DNA from: a virus | UHGV virus genome: UHGV-0225830 | Length of the DNA stretch: 13,800 nt | Strand: one strand, 5' to 3' | Part shown: piece after piece, positions 1 through 7,459 of the stretch | Layout: each line of letters begins with the position of its first letter | How positions within the stretch are numbered: position 1 is the stretch's first letter | The notes under the pieces: generated by a model | Seen by the model: only the letters and a program-made list of their open reading frames with translations | What the model was told of the DNA's origin: nothing | Databases searched by the model: none | Made by a program: the position numbers and the translations under genes

Positions 1-326
1 GCGGTGGCGGCGGTGGCGGCGGTAACAGGGGTAGACTAATATTTGGTGGTGGCGGTGGTCGCCCATTCGGTGCTGGTGGGTCTTCCTCTCATATGAGTTC
101 CGGTGCAACCGCTGGTACTATTTCCGCTCCTGGTAAAGGATCTGTTGGTGAGGGGTCTCTTAGTGCATATACAGGCGGTTCGGGTGGTAATGTTGGTGCT
201 GCTGGAGGAAGATGTAATACTCAAGGTAACGGTACAGAATATAACGGCGGAGCAGCTGGTAAAGCTGTTACTGGTAATGCGCCAAGATGGGACGCAGTAG
301 GTGCAATATACGGTTCACGTGTTTAA
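1..326 (+). CDS. C-terminal part of a glycine-rich tail-fibre/adhesin-like protein (5' end lies outside the window)
   Basis: Frame 3 is open from the window edge to TAA at 324-326. Translation GGGGGGGNRGRLIFGGGGGRPFGAGG...GGSGGNVGAAGG...NGGAAGKAVTGNAPRWDAVGAIYGSRV has at least six short Gly-rich blocks separated by short loops; DNA shows GGTGGCGGC tandem units at 1-25. Resemblance to the glycine-rich motifs of T-even gp38-type adhesins is from memory, not from a search. Confidence 0.5.
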   Translation, partial: GGGGGGGNRGRLIFGGGGGRPFGAGGSSSHMSSGATAGTISAPGKGSVGEGSLSAYTGGSGGNVGAAGGRCNTQGNGTEYNGGAAGKAVTGNAPRWDAVGAIYGSRV

Positions 327-342
327 TTAAAAAAGAGGGTAG

Positions 343-846
343 ATGGGGGTAGCATCTGGATGGGTCGGTTCTTCGGCCAAGAACGAAACGGGCGAACAAT
401 GGATGAGCGCCGCTGGTAGTAAATTAGGATTGGGTAGACCTTTTATGATGAGTCAAATGGTGGGACGATCTATGGGCTGTAAAATTGCAACCGCTGCATA
501 TAGCGATTCTTTAGGTAAGAAATGGGGCGCAGTAGGACCAAGCTGGCCGTTAAACCAGAAAAATCAGGGAACCATTCAAAACGCGGGTAACTGCGGGGTG
601 GGAACTTTAGTAGGTATTGAGTTACAGTTAACGACGATAGTTGCCAACGCAAAACCTACTTTAGCGGTTTACTTACAAGGAGGCAGAGCCTCTAACATTA
701 CCGTAAATTTAGGTGGCAACACCTGCGCGCTGACCTATCAGCAGGTTATTAACGGACAGCATTATTACTGGACTAATAACATCAGCGCTGCGTTCCAAAA
801 CGTGATGAAATCAACAGGCGCACTGCGTGATTTGAGAATTAACTAA
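343..846 (+). CDS. hypothetical protein (167 aa)
   Basis: ORF with ATG at 343 preceded by AAGAGGG (333-339), spacing short at 3 nt; same strand as neighbours; no recognisable motif. The minus-strand ORF 470-652 is taken as a shadow. Confidence 0.55.
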   Translation: MGVASGWVGSSAKNETGEQWMSAAGSKLGLGRPFMMSQMVGRSMGCKIATAAYSDSLGKKWGAVGPSWPLNQKNQGTIQNAGNCGVGTLVGIELQLTTIVANAKPTLAVYLQGGRASNITVNLGGNTCALTYQQVINGQHYYWTNNISAAFQNVMKSTGALRDLRIN

Positions 847-935
847 TTAATTTTCAACTGAATGCGCTTGAAAATATAATCGGGGATAAAATGATTCTAG
901 CAATATTTTATCCCCCAACCGTAGAGAGTAAGCTT

Positions 936-1451
936 ATGGGACAATTCGTGCCAGATTTGTCGCTAACCTCACCTAACATGGTTATTTCGCTGATCAACCA
1001 CGACCTTCAGCTCAATCTGCAAGAGAATGAGGTTGAAATCAGCGAAGTAAAGACCAGTGATGAATTGGATCGTGACACTACCGCTCTTGTAAAGATTAAA
1101 CGTCCTGGCAACAGAACGTTACAGATCTATTACAACCGTTTAACCGCGGAGCGGTGGTTAAACCAGCAGCCTATTCTGGTAAAAGTTTCCGGTAATGGCT
1201 TTACTACACACGATCTAATCGATGGAATTAACGCGGCTTGTGGTTGCAATTTACAAGCCGAAGATCTTACCGATGAACCATTTACCGTAGGGAGAGACGC
1301 TGTAACATTACAGGTTTCACCCAAGTCGTTAGGTTATAAAGGCCAATTCTCCGTTCTGGTTTTCGGTAACGATGAAGAAGCCGCTGTAGTAAAAGACAAC
1401 GATTTAATCGTTACTGCAGATAACCGTGTCTTAACATTCGGAGGTCGCTGA
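936..1451 (+). CDS. family A modular protein (paralog of 9265-10113, 10127-10603 and 13271->13800); alternative start ATG 891
   Basis: ORF 891-1451; the internal ATG at 936 has an SD-like GAGAGTAAG upstream, and the protein from 936 (MGQFVPDLSLTSPNMVISLINHD...) aligns with the N-terminus of the 9265 protein (MSLTSKQKLLKLINTEN...). Shared motifs: LI..IN, GY.G..F.Y.R, TT.DL...IN..[CY]G.NL...D. Stop overlaps the next start (ATGA at 1448-1451). Confidence 0.65.
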   Translation: MGQFVPDLSLTSPNMVISLINHDLQLNLQENEVEISEVKTSDELDRDTTALVKIKRPGNRTLQIYYNRLTAERWLNQQPILVKVSGNGFTTHDLIDGINAACGCNLQAEDLTDEPFTVGRDAVTLQVSPKSLGYKGQFSVLVFGNDEEAAVVKDNDLIVTADNRVLTFGGR

Positions 1452-2071
1452 TGACTGAACTGGTAGGAAAGGTACGCGTTCACGAACTACCGACTCTTTC
1501 AGAAGACGTCACGGGTGTAGTAGTCTTAGCGTCTAAGGAACAAACTGAATACCAACTCCCGATTGAGAAATTAGGGGGTACTGAGGTTACAGTGAGTCCG
1601 TCGGCGAATAACATCCTTAAGTCTAATAACGATGGGTTATTTGTTAATGGTGCTCATCCGATAGTACCAAAAATAGATGCAAAAACCTTATCGGGAAATA
1701 TGGTAGTAGAAAAAACGTTGACGGGTGGTGCGGTAATCTGCAAAACAACGGTTGACGTTAACAACAGGCTGGGTGTTTCGCAATTATCAGGAGTGTCAAT
1801 TTATAGCCAGTGCCTGTTGGAAAATAAATTGGTTTACCTGGCAGCGGATGGTAGTATTATTGATGCGTATTTCTACGTTAGTAATACAAAAACTACAGCC
1901 AGTACAATAACCCACACCATTCGTGTTGTTTTAGCGAAGGTACCCTCTAAAGTTATCAATATCGACGATTTGTCTGAAACCGAAGTACAGTACGAGAATG
2001 GTAATTTACCTGTTAAGATCGTTATTAAACATCTTGCAGGGACAACACTTTCTCAGAACGGAATGAAGTAA
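1451..2071 (+). CDS. hypothetical protein (206 aa), translationally coupled to the upstream gene
   Basis: ATG at 1451 overlaps the upstream stop (GCTGATGACT); SD GGAGGT at 1440-1445; followed by a strong terminator. Confidence 0.75.
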   Translation: MTELVGKVRVHELPTLSEDVTGVVVLASKEQTEYQLPIEKLGGTEVTVSPSANNILKSNNDGLFVNGAHPIVPKIDAKTLSGNMVVEKTLTGGAVICKTTVDVNNRLGVSQLSGVSIYSQCLLENKLVYLAADGSIIDAYFYVSNTKTTASTITHTIRVVLAKVPSKVINIDDLSETEVQYENGNLPVKIVIKHLAGTTLSQNGMK

Positions 2072-2077
2072 TTTTTA

Positions 2078-2117
2078 GGTAGTAGGGGCTTAGCCCCTAC
2101 TACCTTTTTTATTTTTT
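2078..2117 (+). terminator. Rho-independent terminator
   Basis: Perfect 12-bp stem GGTAGTAGGGGC (2078-2089) / GCCCCTACTACC (2093-2104), loop TTA, followed by TTTTTTATTTTTT (2105-2117); sits 7 nt after the stop of the 1451-2071 gene. Confidence 0.8.
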
Positions 2118-2162
2118 CTCAGATATATATTACCTAGGGGAGAGTGAAATTTACGTTCACTC
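2117..2162 (+). promoter_or_regulatory. Copy 1 of a repeated promoter-like element plus 5'-leader hairpin
   Basis: 20-nt TCAGATATATATTACCTAGG (2119-2138) is identical to 5653-5672; then GAGAGT conserved; then a 7-bp hairpin GAGTGAA (2142-2148) / TTCACTC (2156-2162). ATG of the next gene (2191) is 53 nt after the 20-mer. Confidence 0.5.
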
Positions 2163-2190
2163 CATTAGTTATAGCCTAAAGGAGGATTAG

Positions 2191-3042
2191 ATGTATCACC
2201 CGTATTATCTCCCGCACATTCTAGCAAATAGGGACCCCGGTTATTACTACGAACAAACAAAGGGATCTTTTAATCGACTTTACATTCGTGAATTTAATAC
2301 CGACGAAATGACTGATGACCAGTATCTGGAGTATCTAAAAGACCTTTACGGTTTTTCAAAATCGAATAAAGGTGACTTTGGACGTTCCGCAGTCATTAGG
2401 GTTGGTGAATATCGTCATTTGGCTAAGCCTGTTACTTACCCTATTATTACACGCGCTTATACATCGGATAGGCAATATATTGCTGAACTAAAATTTCCTT
2501 TACGGATAGACGGGCCCCAAATTAGCGCTATAGAAGTAGAGATTCAACCAATTGCTGAAGACTATATTGAAGACTACTTCAAGAAAGCTAAAGACGTACT
2601 CGACGAGGGTTTAAGTTACTCCGAAGAAGGAACGATTTGTCTTCTCTCGTTACTCACGAAGACTTACGTCACAGCAAATTTCCGTATCTCCGATTCCAGT
2701 AACTACAATACACTTACCCCCTCTAAGACAAAACCTGTTTATTGGGACGATCGGCTAGTCGACAGACAACGCTGGCTTACTATCTTAGATAGAGTAAAAT
2801 TCGAACCCCCTAAACACACCGAAGACGATTTTATTTTATTGCACAACTTCGAACCAATTTATATTCCAACGCATTTTGATCAAGCCTTACGTCATCGGTT
2901 GAAGTATGTGTTGGAATTACGGTACGGAAAGATAAACGGACTAACCTGTTCCGGTGAATTGGGTGAAGAAGAACGCGAGAAGATAAAAATCGTGTTTGAT
3001 AAGTTGGTTGAAGATTACATTAAGAAGGAAGGGCAATTATGA
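2191..3042 (+). CDS. hypothetical protein (283 aa)
   Basis: ATG 2191 preceded by AAAGGAGG (2178-2185); stop overlaps the next start (ATGA at 3039-3042); acidic, no recognised motif. Confidence 0.75.
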   Translation: MYHPYYLPHILANRDPGYYYEQTKGSFNRLYIREFNTDEMTDDQYLEYLKDLYGFSKSNKGDFGRSAVIRVGEYRHLAKPVTYPIITRAYTSDRQYIAELKFPLRIDGPQISAIEVEIQPIAEDYIEDYFKKAKDVLDEGLSYSEEGTICLLSLLTKTYVTANFRISDSSNYNTLTPSKTKPVYWDDRLVDRQRWLTILDRVKFEPPKHTEDDFILLHNFEPIYIPTHFDQALRHRLKYVLELRYGKINGLTCSGELGEEEREKIKIVFDKLVEDYIKKEGQL

Positions 3043-3482
3043 AACCAAATACTACTAACGGCATTATGCTACTTTGTGATTCTGAAACGTTAGCAAACCG
3101 TATTCGTGGTTTGATGCAAGTACGTTGGCAGCAAAAGGTTCTCGTCGACTATGCTGCCCCGTTTGTTCACATTACCTGGTTGCCAGAAGCTAGTGATTTC
3201 AAAGAACGTATAACCACGAGAAGAATTAAAGAATGGTTATCGGCAATCATTAATAAACAGATTACCGTTATCAATTTCCAACTTTTCGGTACCGCTGAAG
3301 AACATGAAATCTTGAAACAGTGTTTAAGAGACTTGGGTCTTTCCTCTTCTGTTCGTGGTAGCTGCTATACGGCTTACTTTATCGGTTCGCTTGAACTGTT
3401 TAAGAATACGCTAATGCTTCAGCTAAAAGACGACTACAAACTTTTAGATAAAATCGATTTCGAATTCCCAGGCATGATTTAA
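3039..3482 (+). CDS. hypothetical protein (147 aa)
   Basis: ATG 3039 overlaps the upstream stop; SD-like GGAAGGG upstream; no recognised domain (a single H-x-T-x at residue 44 only, see rejected). Confidence 0.7.
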   Translation: MKPNTTNGIMLLCDSETLANRIRGLMQVRWQQKVLVDYAAPFVHITWLPEASDFKERITTRRIKEWLSAIINKQITVINFQLFGTAEEHEILKQCLRDLGLSSSVRGSCYTAYFIGSLELFKNTLMLQLKDDYKLLDKIDFEFPGMI

Positions 3483-3528
3483 GGAATCATAGCTTAATCA
3501 CCCCACCATTTACCTAAAGGAGCATTAA

Positions 3529-4044
3529 ATGTCAGTAAATATTAACATGAATCTTTATACTAAACGTGAACGTCAGATTCTGGCGAATCAACCTGGTGTT
3601 ACGACTATCGACGGTAAACCTATTGACCGTTTAAAAGTTATCGTTGCGCGAAATTGTCATGAACACGATTGGGACATTACCTACTTCCGTTGTTGTTCGG
3701 TCGCAAATGCGCTTACTCAACTCTCTAACTACCACTCAGGACCGCTATTAAAAGACTGGGTTTGGTTAGTGCCAAGAACACCCACAGCAATTGAGTATCC
3801 CTCTGGACTAGTTTATATTCGACCTGTCGCTTATCCAGAGCGTCTGAAAGAGTATCTTGAAGTTATCTGGAACCGTCCTCGTAAAGAGCTGGTGACGATT
3901 ATTAATTTACTGCAGCAGATCGAAATCCCCGGCGTTTCGAATTTGAAACTCACGTCTCGCGATATTAACCAGGCTTACTGGGAACTGGAGTGGACAGAAC
4001 CGAAATTCGAAAACACTAACCGTATTTTCTTGCACCGGGGGTAA
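3529..4044 (+). CDS. hypothetical protein (171 aa)
   Basis: ATG 3529 preceded by the extended SD ATTTACCTAAAGGAG (3508-3522), identical to 8641-8655. Confidence 0.75.
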   Translation: MSVNINMNLYTKRERQILANQPGVTTIDGKPIDRLKVIVARNCHEHDWDITYFRCCSVANALTQLSNYHSGPLLKDWVWLVPRTPTAIEYPSGLVYIRPVAYPERLKEYLEVIWNRPRKELVTIINLLQQIEIPGVSNLKLTSRDINQAYWELEWTEPKFENTNRIFLHRG

Positions 4045-4046
4045 AA

Positions 4047-4328
4047 ATGTTAGATTGGTTGTTGGGTTTAATTAACTCACGTCAACAGGAGCTTTATAAA
4101 GAAAACACGCGATTACGGCAGGAGCTTAGTAACAATCGTCAGACCAAACGACAATTAATTCGAATGGTAAAACAACAGGCGCGTTGTATACGTGATATCG
4201 ATTATCAGTATCACCGTCTGAATACCTTAGACCCAACAACAAAAGCCCTCGGTGGGACAATCGGACACGCACGTAAAGTCAGTCACGATGCGTTAGTTCG
4301 ATTAGATACAATAGAAGAGAAACTGTGA
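4047..4328 (+). CDS. hypothetical protein (93 aa), predicted coiled-coil N-terminal half
   Basis: ATG 4047 lies 2 nt after the upstream stop; heptad-like charged/hydrophobic pattern (LYKENTRLRQELSNNRQTKRQLIRMVKQQ). Confidence 0.65.
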   Translation: MLDWLLGLINSRQQELYKENTRLRQELSNNRQTKRQLIRMVKQQARCIRDIDYQYHRLNTLDPTTKALGGTIGHARKVSHDALVRLDTIEEKL

Positions 4329-4333
4329 TTAGC

Positions 4334-4358
4334 TCTCCCTCGGGAACACCGAGGGAGA
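4334..4358 (+). promoter_or_regulatory. Strong intercistronic RNA hairpin overlapping a Shine-Dalgarno sequence
   Basis: Perfect 10-bp stem TCTCCCTCGG (4334-4343) / CCGAGGGAGA (4349-4358), loop GAACA; no clean T-tract follows; the right arm contains GAGGGA, a candidate SD for the downstream gene. Confidence 0.55.
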
Positions 4359-4371
4359 TAAGGTGTTTTAC

Positions 4372-4761
4372 ATGATACGTTTAGTTTACTTAAAAAGGCG
4401 TTTGTCATTAAAAGCCCAACTGTTTGTTAACGAGAAAGTTAAAAACTGGCTGTGCGGTAAAAGGGTACAATATGTCGTTAAAGAAGGCGACTGGTATACG
4501 GAGGTTGTGACTTCCCCTAACGGTGAACTTATAAACGTTACTATTCGTGACGTTATGGTTAAGGTTGGTAGGGGAGGTGGTCGGTTGTTTGAATCGGAAA
4601 CTATAAGAGTCGCTGCTAAACAATTGAAAGATGGTCGAGTTATATTCAATGTTACCGCCCAGAAATACTACGACAATTTATTCGAGTGCCAACGAGCAAT
4701 GGACAGAATGACCCGTGAGATGCGAAGAATGCACATTACGGAGATCACAATAGGTGTTTAA
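4372..4761 (+). CDS. hypothetical protein (129 aa from ATG 4372; 132 aa if GTG 4363 is used)
   Basis: ORF 4363-4761; ATG 4372 is preceded by AGGTG (4361-4365); GTG 4363 is preceded by GAGGGA, which lies inside the hairpin. Confidence 0.65.
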   Translation: MIRLVYLKRRLSLKAQLFVNEKVKNWLCGKRVQYVVKEGDWYTEVVTSPNGELINVTIRDVMVKVGRGGGRLFESETIRVAAKQLKDGRVIFNVTAQKYYDNLFECQRAMDRMTREMRRMHITEITIGV

Positions 4762-5072
4762 TGATGGAAAATAAAATCGCGAACACATCGGCACCTGAGA
4801 ACATCGTCAATTATATTCTCAGAGGCGGGTTATTAGAAGACAACAAAGAAACGTGCGATAAACTCGTTTCTCAACTACTGCCTATTCGTTCAGAATACTG
4901 CGAAATCGTTATCTTAGGTTCCGAGTATTGTGTACGCTCTTACTGCCGACGTTTCGAAGCCCTACGTGTACCTCGTACGTTAGGTGGTGTGATCTTACTG
5001 ATCTCATCTTTTCAAGACGCCCATGTGCGTGTGGCGACCTGGATTGCCAGAGGAGGTAACAGTGGTTTTTAA
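4761..5072 (+). CDS. hypothetical protein (103 aa)
   Basis: ATG 4761 immediately follows the upstream TAA (TAATGATGG); AGGTG at 4752-4756. Confidence 0.65.
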   Translation: MMENKIANTSAPENIVNYILRGGLLEDNKETCDKLVSQLLPIRSEYCEIVILGSEYCVRSYCRRFEALRVPRTLGGVILLISSFQDAHVRVATWIARGGNSGF

Positions 5073-5370
5073 ATTGCTAGGTTTCGGAAAATGCAAAGAG
5101 TGCGCAAAGCACGAAGAATTTATCAAGCTATTAGAAGAAACAGTTGAAACACAACAAGAACTCATTTCTGAATACCGTGCGAAAACTGGTTCAGTAGAAT
5201 ATCTGACCATCCTTGTTTGTGCTATTGCTGAGTTGGGTTGTGAGGGGGAATTGCCTAAAGAGGAGATATTAAAACTATTAAAAGAAAAAACGTCGTTTTA
5301 CCGTAAAGATATTGAAGCGTGTAAACGTGAGGTTAAAAGAGCTAACTGGGAGGTTATCAATGAAGCGTGA
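5062..5370 (+). CDS. hypothetical protein (102 aa from GTG 5062; ORF track start ATG 5023 lacks an SD)
   Basis: GAGGAGG (5050-5056) sits 5 nt before GTG 5062; overlaps the upstream gene by 11 nt; paired Cys motifs (GKCKEC, ELGCEGE). Confidence 0.6.
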   Translation: MVFKLLGFGKCKECAKHEEFIKLLEETVETQQELISEYRAKTGSVEYLTILVCAIAELGCEGELPKEEILKLLKEKTSFYRKDIEACKREVKRANWEVINEA

Positions 5371-5641
5371 AACTATTGTATTTTGTCAAAACGGTGATGT
5401 AAAACAATACCGGGGCAAGAAGTTAATTCGTACGTTAGATTATCGCGAAGCAAAACGTTTCGTTGAAGAGTGTGCGTGGTTAATGCATTACGAAGGGAAC
5501 TATCGCGCCATCTTAGAAGCACCGCGTTTAGAACGTGCAGTTGCGCAGATGGCAATAGGTAATCCTAAGAACTGTTACCTGGCCCGTAAGCCCAAATACC
5601 TACAGCGTGTCTCGCTAGGCAGTTTTATTGCGGGTTTTTAA
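5360..5641 (+). CDS. hypothetical protein (93 aa from ATG 5360)
   Basis: ATG 5360 preceded by GGGAGG (5348-5353); overlaps the upstream stop (5368-5370) by 11 nt; the track start at 5312 has no SD. Confidence 0.65.
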   Translation: MKRETIVFCQNGDVKQYRGKKLIRTLDYREAKRFVEECAWLMHYEGNYRAILEAPRLERAVAQMAIGNPKNCYLARKPKYLQRVSLGSFIAGF

Positions 5642-5650
5642 TAAAAATAT

Positions 5651-5693
5651 TTTCAGATATATATTACCTAGGTGAGAGTTCAGTTACTCTCAC
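5651..5693 (+). promoter_or_regulatory. Copy 2 of the repeated promoter-like element plus 5'-leader hairpin
   Basis: TCAGATATATATTACCTAGG (5653-5672), then TGAGAGT, then an 8-bp hairpin GTGAGAGT (5672-5679) / ACTCTCAC (5686-5693); ATG 5723 is 51 nt after the 20-mer. Confidence 0.5.
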
Positions 5694-5722
5694 TTAACGA
5701 AACCATTTTAGGAGAATATACC

Positions 5723-6217
5723 ATGAACTTCACTAGACTTGATTACACTAACGAATTAGTCGACAAAGAAAAATACAAATTCACGATTGACTTGGGTTAC
5801 GGGCTGTGGGACGTAGAAAAAGATATTCTACACAAAGAATTCCGTGGGCAATTCGGTGCATTATTCTGCGCAGGATTCCGTAGAAATTCTATTGATATCG
5901 GTTATGGTGCAACACCGTATAGCGACGAAGAAATGTTTAAGCTGATAACACAGATTATCGGAACTCGTGTGGCTAAACGTTTTAATTATTCTAACGAACT
6001 TGTTTCGAAAGAACATTACAAGTTCACTGTTAGACTACCTGTTCCTCTCTTTAAAGAAGATAAGAATAGACTCTATAAAGCCCTACAAACCGAATTCGGT
6101 AAAACGCTCAAAGTAGGGTTCCGCAGTCGTAGTATCGATATCGGAATTAGCGTAGACGTGTGCAGTGACGATGACCTTTACGAATTAGTTTCGGAAGTTA
6201 TCGGAAAACACCTCTAA
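5723..6217 (+). CDS. hypothetical protein (164 aa) made of two tandem repeats of about 75 aa
   Basis: ATG 5723 preceded by AGGAG (5710-5714); the track start GTG 5672 lies inside the leader hairpin and is unlikely. The two halves align (YTNELVDKEKYKF...GFRRNSIDIG vs YSNELVSKEHYKF...GFRSRSIDIG). Confidence 0.75.
   Translation: MNFTRLDYTNELVDKEKYKFTIDLGYGLWDVEKDILHKEFRGQFGALFCAGFRRNSIDIGYGATPYSDEEMFKLITQIIGTRVAKRFNYSNELVSKEHYKFTVRLPVPLFKEDKNRLYKALQTEFGKTLKVGFRSRSIDIGISVDVCSDDDLYELVSEVIGKHL
5741..6205 (+). repeat. Intragenic tandem duplication (two units of about 74 codons, roughly 45% amino-acid identity by eye)
   Basis: Residues 7-80 and 88-161 of the 5723-6217 protein align without gaps. 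Confidence 0.7.
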
Positions 6218-6261
6218 GCGTAAATTAACGCTTCAGCTTGTAAAACCAAAAGGAAAATAAA

Positions 6262-7038
6262 ATGAAAACTATCGAGTTTAAGAATAGCAGTCTTTGGGCA
6301 TACACGCACATCATTACGAGTTTCCTGAAAAACGTTACTCCACATCTTGCTTATCAGATTTGTGGGAATGAGCTCACTATCGGTGGTTTTAACGAGGATG
6401 AATTAAAACGAGCAAAAGAGTTCATTGACGATGTTCTTCGTGGTGAAGCAACGTGTTTAGTTGCAAGTTACGTTGCTAAAGACAAAGGAAGATTAAACGT
6501 CATGGCAATTTTCAGATCGTTCTCCGAAAAAGTATACGAAGTTGAGAAGATTAGTCATACCGTTTATATTGTTTACTTTAAACGTTCGGCGGAGAAAAAC
6601 GCTGATAAAATTCTGGAGTATTTCGACTGTAACCCGGGGGAAGGTATGGATGTCTATACGCTCGGTTACGATGGGGTACCTCACCGGAATAACCTTATTC
6701 GCATTGACGAACCTTTTTCTGTCAATGACGATTCCTCGCCTATAGAGATGGTTCTGGTACACAAAGATCGTTTCGCGCATTACGACTCTGATACTATTCA
6801 ACGTGTCCTGAACAACGTTAATGTACAGTTTTCACAAACCGAGCACTTAGTACGTGCATGTCTTAGGTCTAATGGCACAACATCATTTTTCTTCGAACGT
6901 CAAACCGTTTGGCAAACTTATCTGGCTCTGATGGAAGAACTTGATAGGATCGAGCCAGTTCAGGTTGGTGCAAATTGCTTATATTGGATAAAAACAAAAG
7001 GGTTCATGAATGAAAACGCTCAATTCAGATTTGCGTGA
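6262..7038 (+). CDS. hypothetical protein (258 aa)
   Basis: ATG 6262 preceded by AAAGGA (6249-6254); overlaps the next gene by 29 nt; no recognised motif. Confidence 0.75.
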   Translation: MKTIEFKNSSLWAYTHIITSFLKNVTPHLAYQICGNELTIGGFNEDELKRAKEFIDDVLRGEATCLVASYVAKDKGRLNVMAIFRSFSEKVYEVEKISHTVYIVYFKRSAEKNADKILEYFDCNPGEGMDVYTLGYDGVPHRNNLIRIDEPFSVNDDSSPIEMVLVHKDRFAHYDSDTIQRVLNNVNVQFSQTEHLVRACLRSNGTTSFFFERQTVWQTYLALMEELDRIEPVQVGANCLYWIKTKGFMNENAQFRFA

Positions 7039-7438
7039 TTACATCCGTCAGTACCCAGCCAGTATTCCTGTACTGGCTTCGCTTACGCTTTCAGGTACTG
7101 ACGTTAACATTTTAACGGTGGAGCAGTTCCACGAGATAATAAAAACCGCCTATAACTCCATTACCGCAACGTCAGTACGTAAACGTTGCGATTATCCAGA
7201 CGGGGATTTCGGCACCGAGATGTTTACAGATTATGCGGTTGCGTTTCTGTTAGGGCGACACTGCCTCGATAAACTTAACACTGCTGTAGAAGGGGAAACA
7301 GTGACGGAAATTGTCAATGCTTGGCAGCAACGTATTCTGAACGACCCTTACTGCCGCCAAGCGTTGAAACGAATGTCCACAACGGCGATTACAAACGACC
7401 AGCGTGCTTTAGAGTTCTTTAAGCACAATTACAGCTAA
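7010..7438 (+). CDS. family B protein (142 aa), paralog of 8663-9094
   Basis: ATG 7010 preceded by AAAAGGG (6996-7002). Aligns with the 8663 protein: LN.D.R.YIR..P, YP.G..G..M, DP, MS.T in the same order. Confidence 0.75.
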   Translation: MKTLNSDLRDYIRQYPASIPVLASLTLSGTDVNILTVEQFHEIIKTAYNSITATSVRKRCDYPDGDFGTEMFTDYAVAFLLGRHCLDKLNTAVEGETVTEIVNAWQQRILNDPYCRQALKRMSTTAITNDQRALEFFKHNYS

Positions 7439-7459
7439 TTTACCAAAAGGAAAAATGAC

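Noticed and set aside
36-224. Minus-strand ORF encoding a Ser/Thr-rich peptide
   Set aside because: It is the reverse-complement shadow of the glycine-rich coding region (GGN codons read as NCC on the other strand) and has no SD.
103-300. Alternative plus-strand ORF in another frame over the glycine-rich region
   Set aside because: It overlaps the longer frame-3 ORF that continues in from the window edge; low-complexity DNA creates open frames in several phases.
861-880. TTGAAA and TATAAT hexamers upstream of ATG 891 as a sigma70 promoter
   Set aside because: The two hexamers are separated by only 1 nt, so they cannot act as a -35/-10 pair; TATAAT alone at 875-880 might be a -10 element, but this is unsupported.
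3039-3482. Possible 2H-phosphoesterase (cyclic-nucleotide-degrading anti-defence enzyme) suggested by an H-x-T-x motif (HITW) at residue 44
   Set aside because: The 2H fold needs two H-x-[ST]-x motifs; the only other His (residue 89, HEIL) does not fit. A single tetrapeptide match is not evidence; kept as an unknown protein.
5672-5722. ORF-track start (GTG 5672) for the 5723-6217 gene
   Set aside because: GTG 5672 lies inside the leader hairpin and conserved element and has no SD; ATG 5723 has AGGAG at optimal spacing.
6493-6801. 102-aa minus-strand ORF (and similar minus-strand ORFs at 470-652, 1130-1324, 4386-4649, 4408-4623, 5004-5210, 5373-5555, 7523-7747, 7850-8032, 8185-8370, 10082-10291, 13489-13710)
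   Set aside because: All lie wholly inside well-supported plus-strand genes, lack SD sequences and are typical antisense shadow ORFs in AT-balanced DNA.
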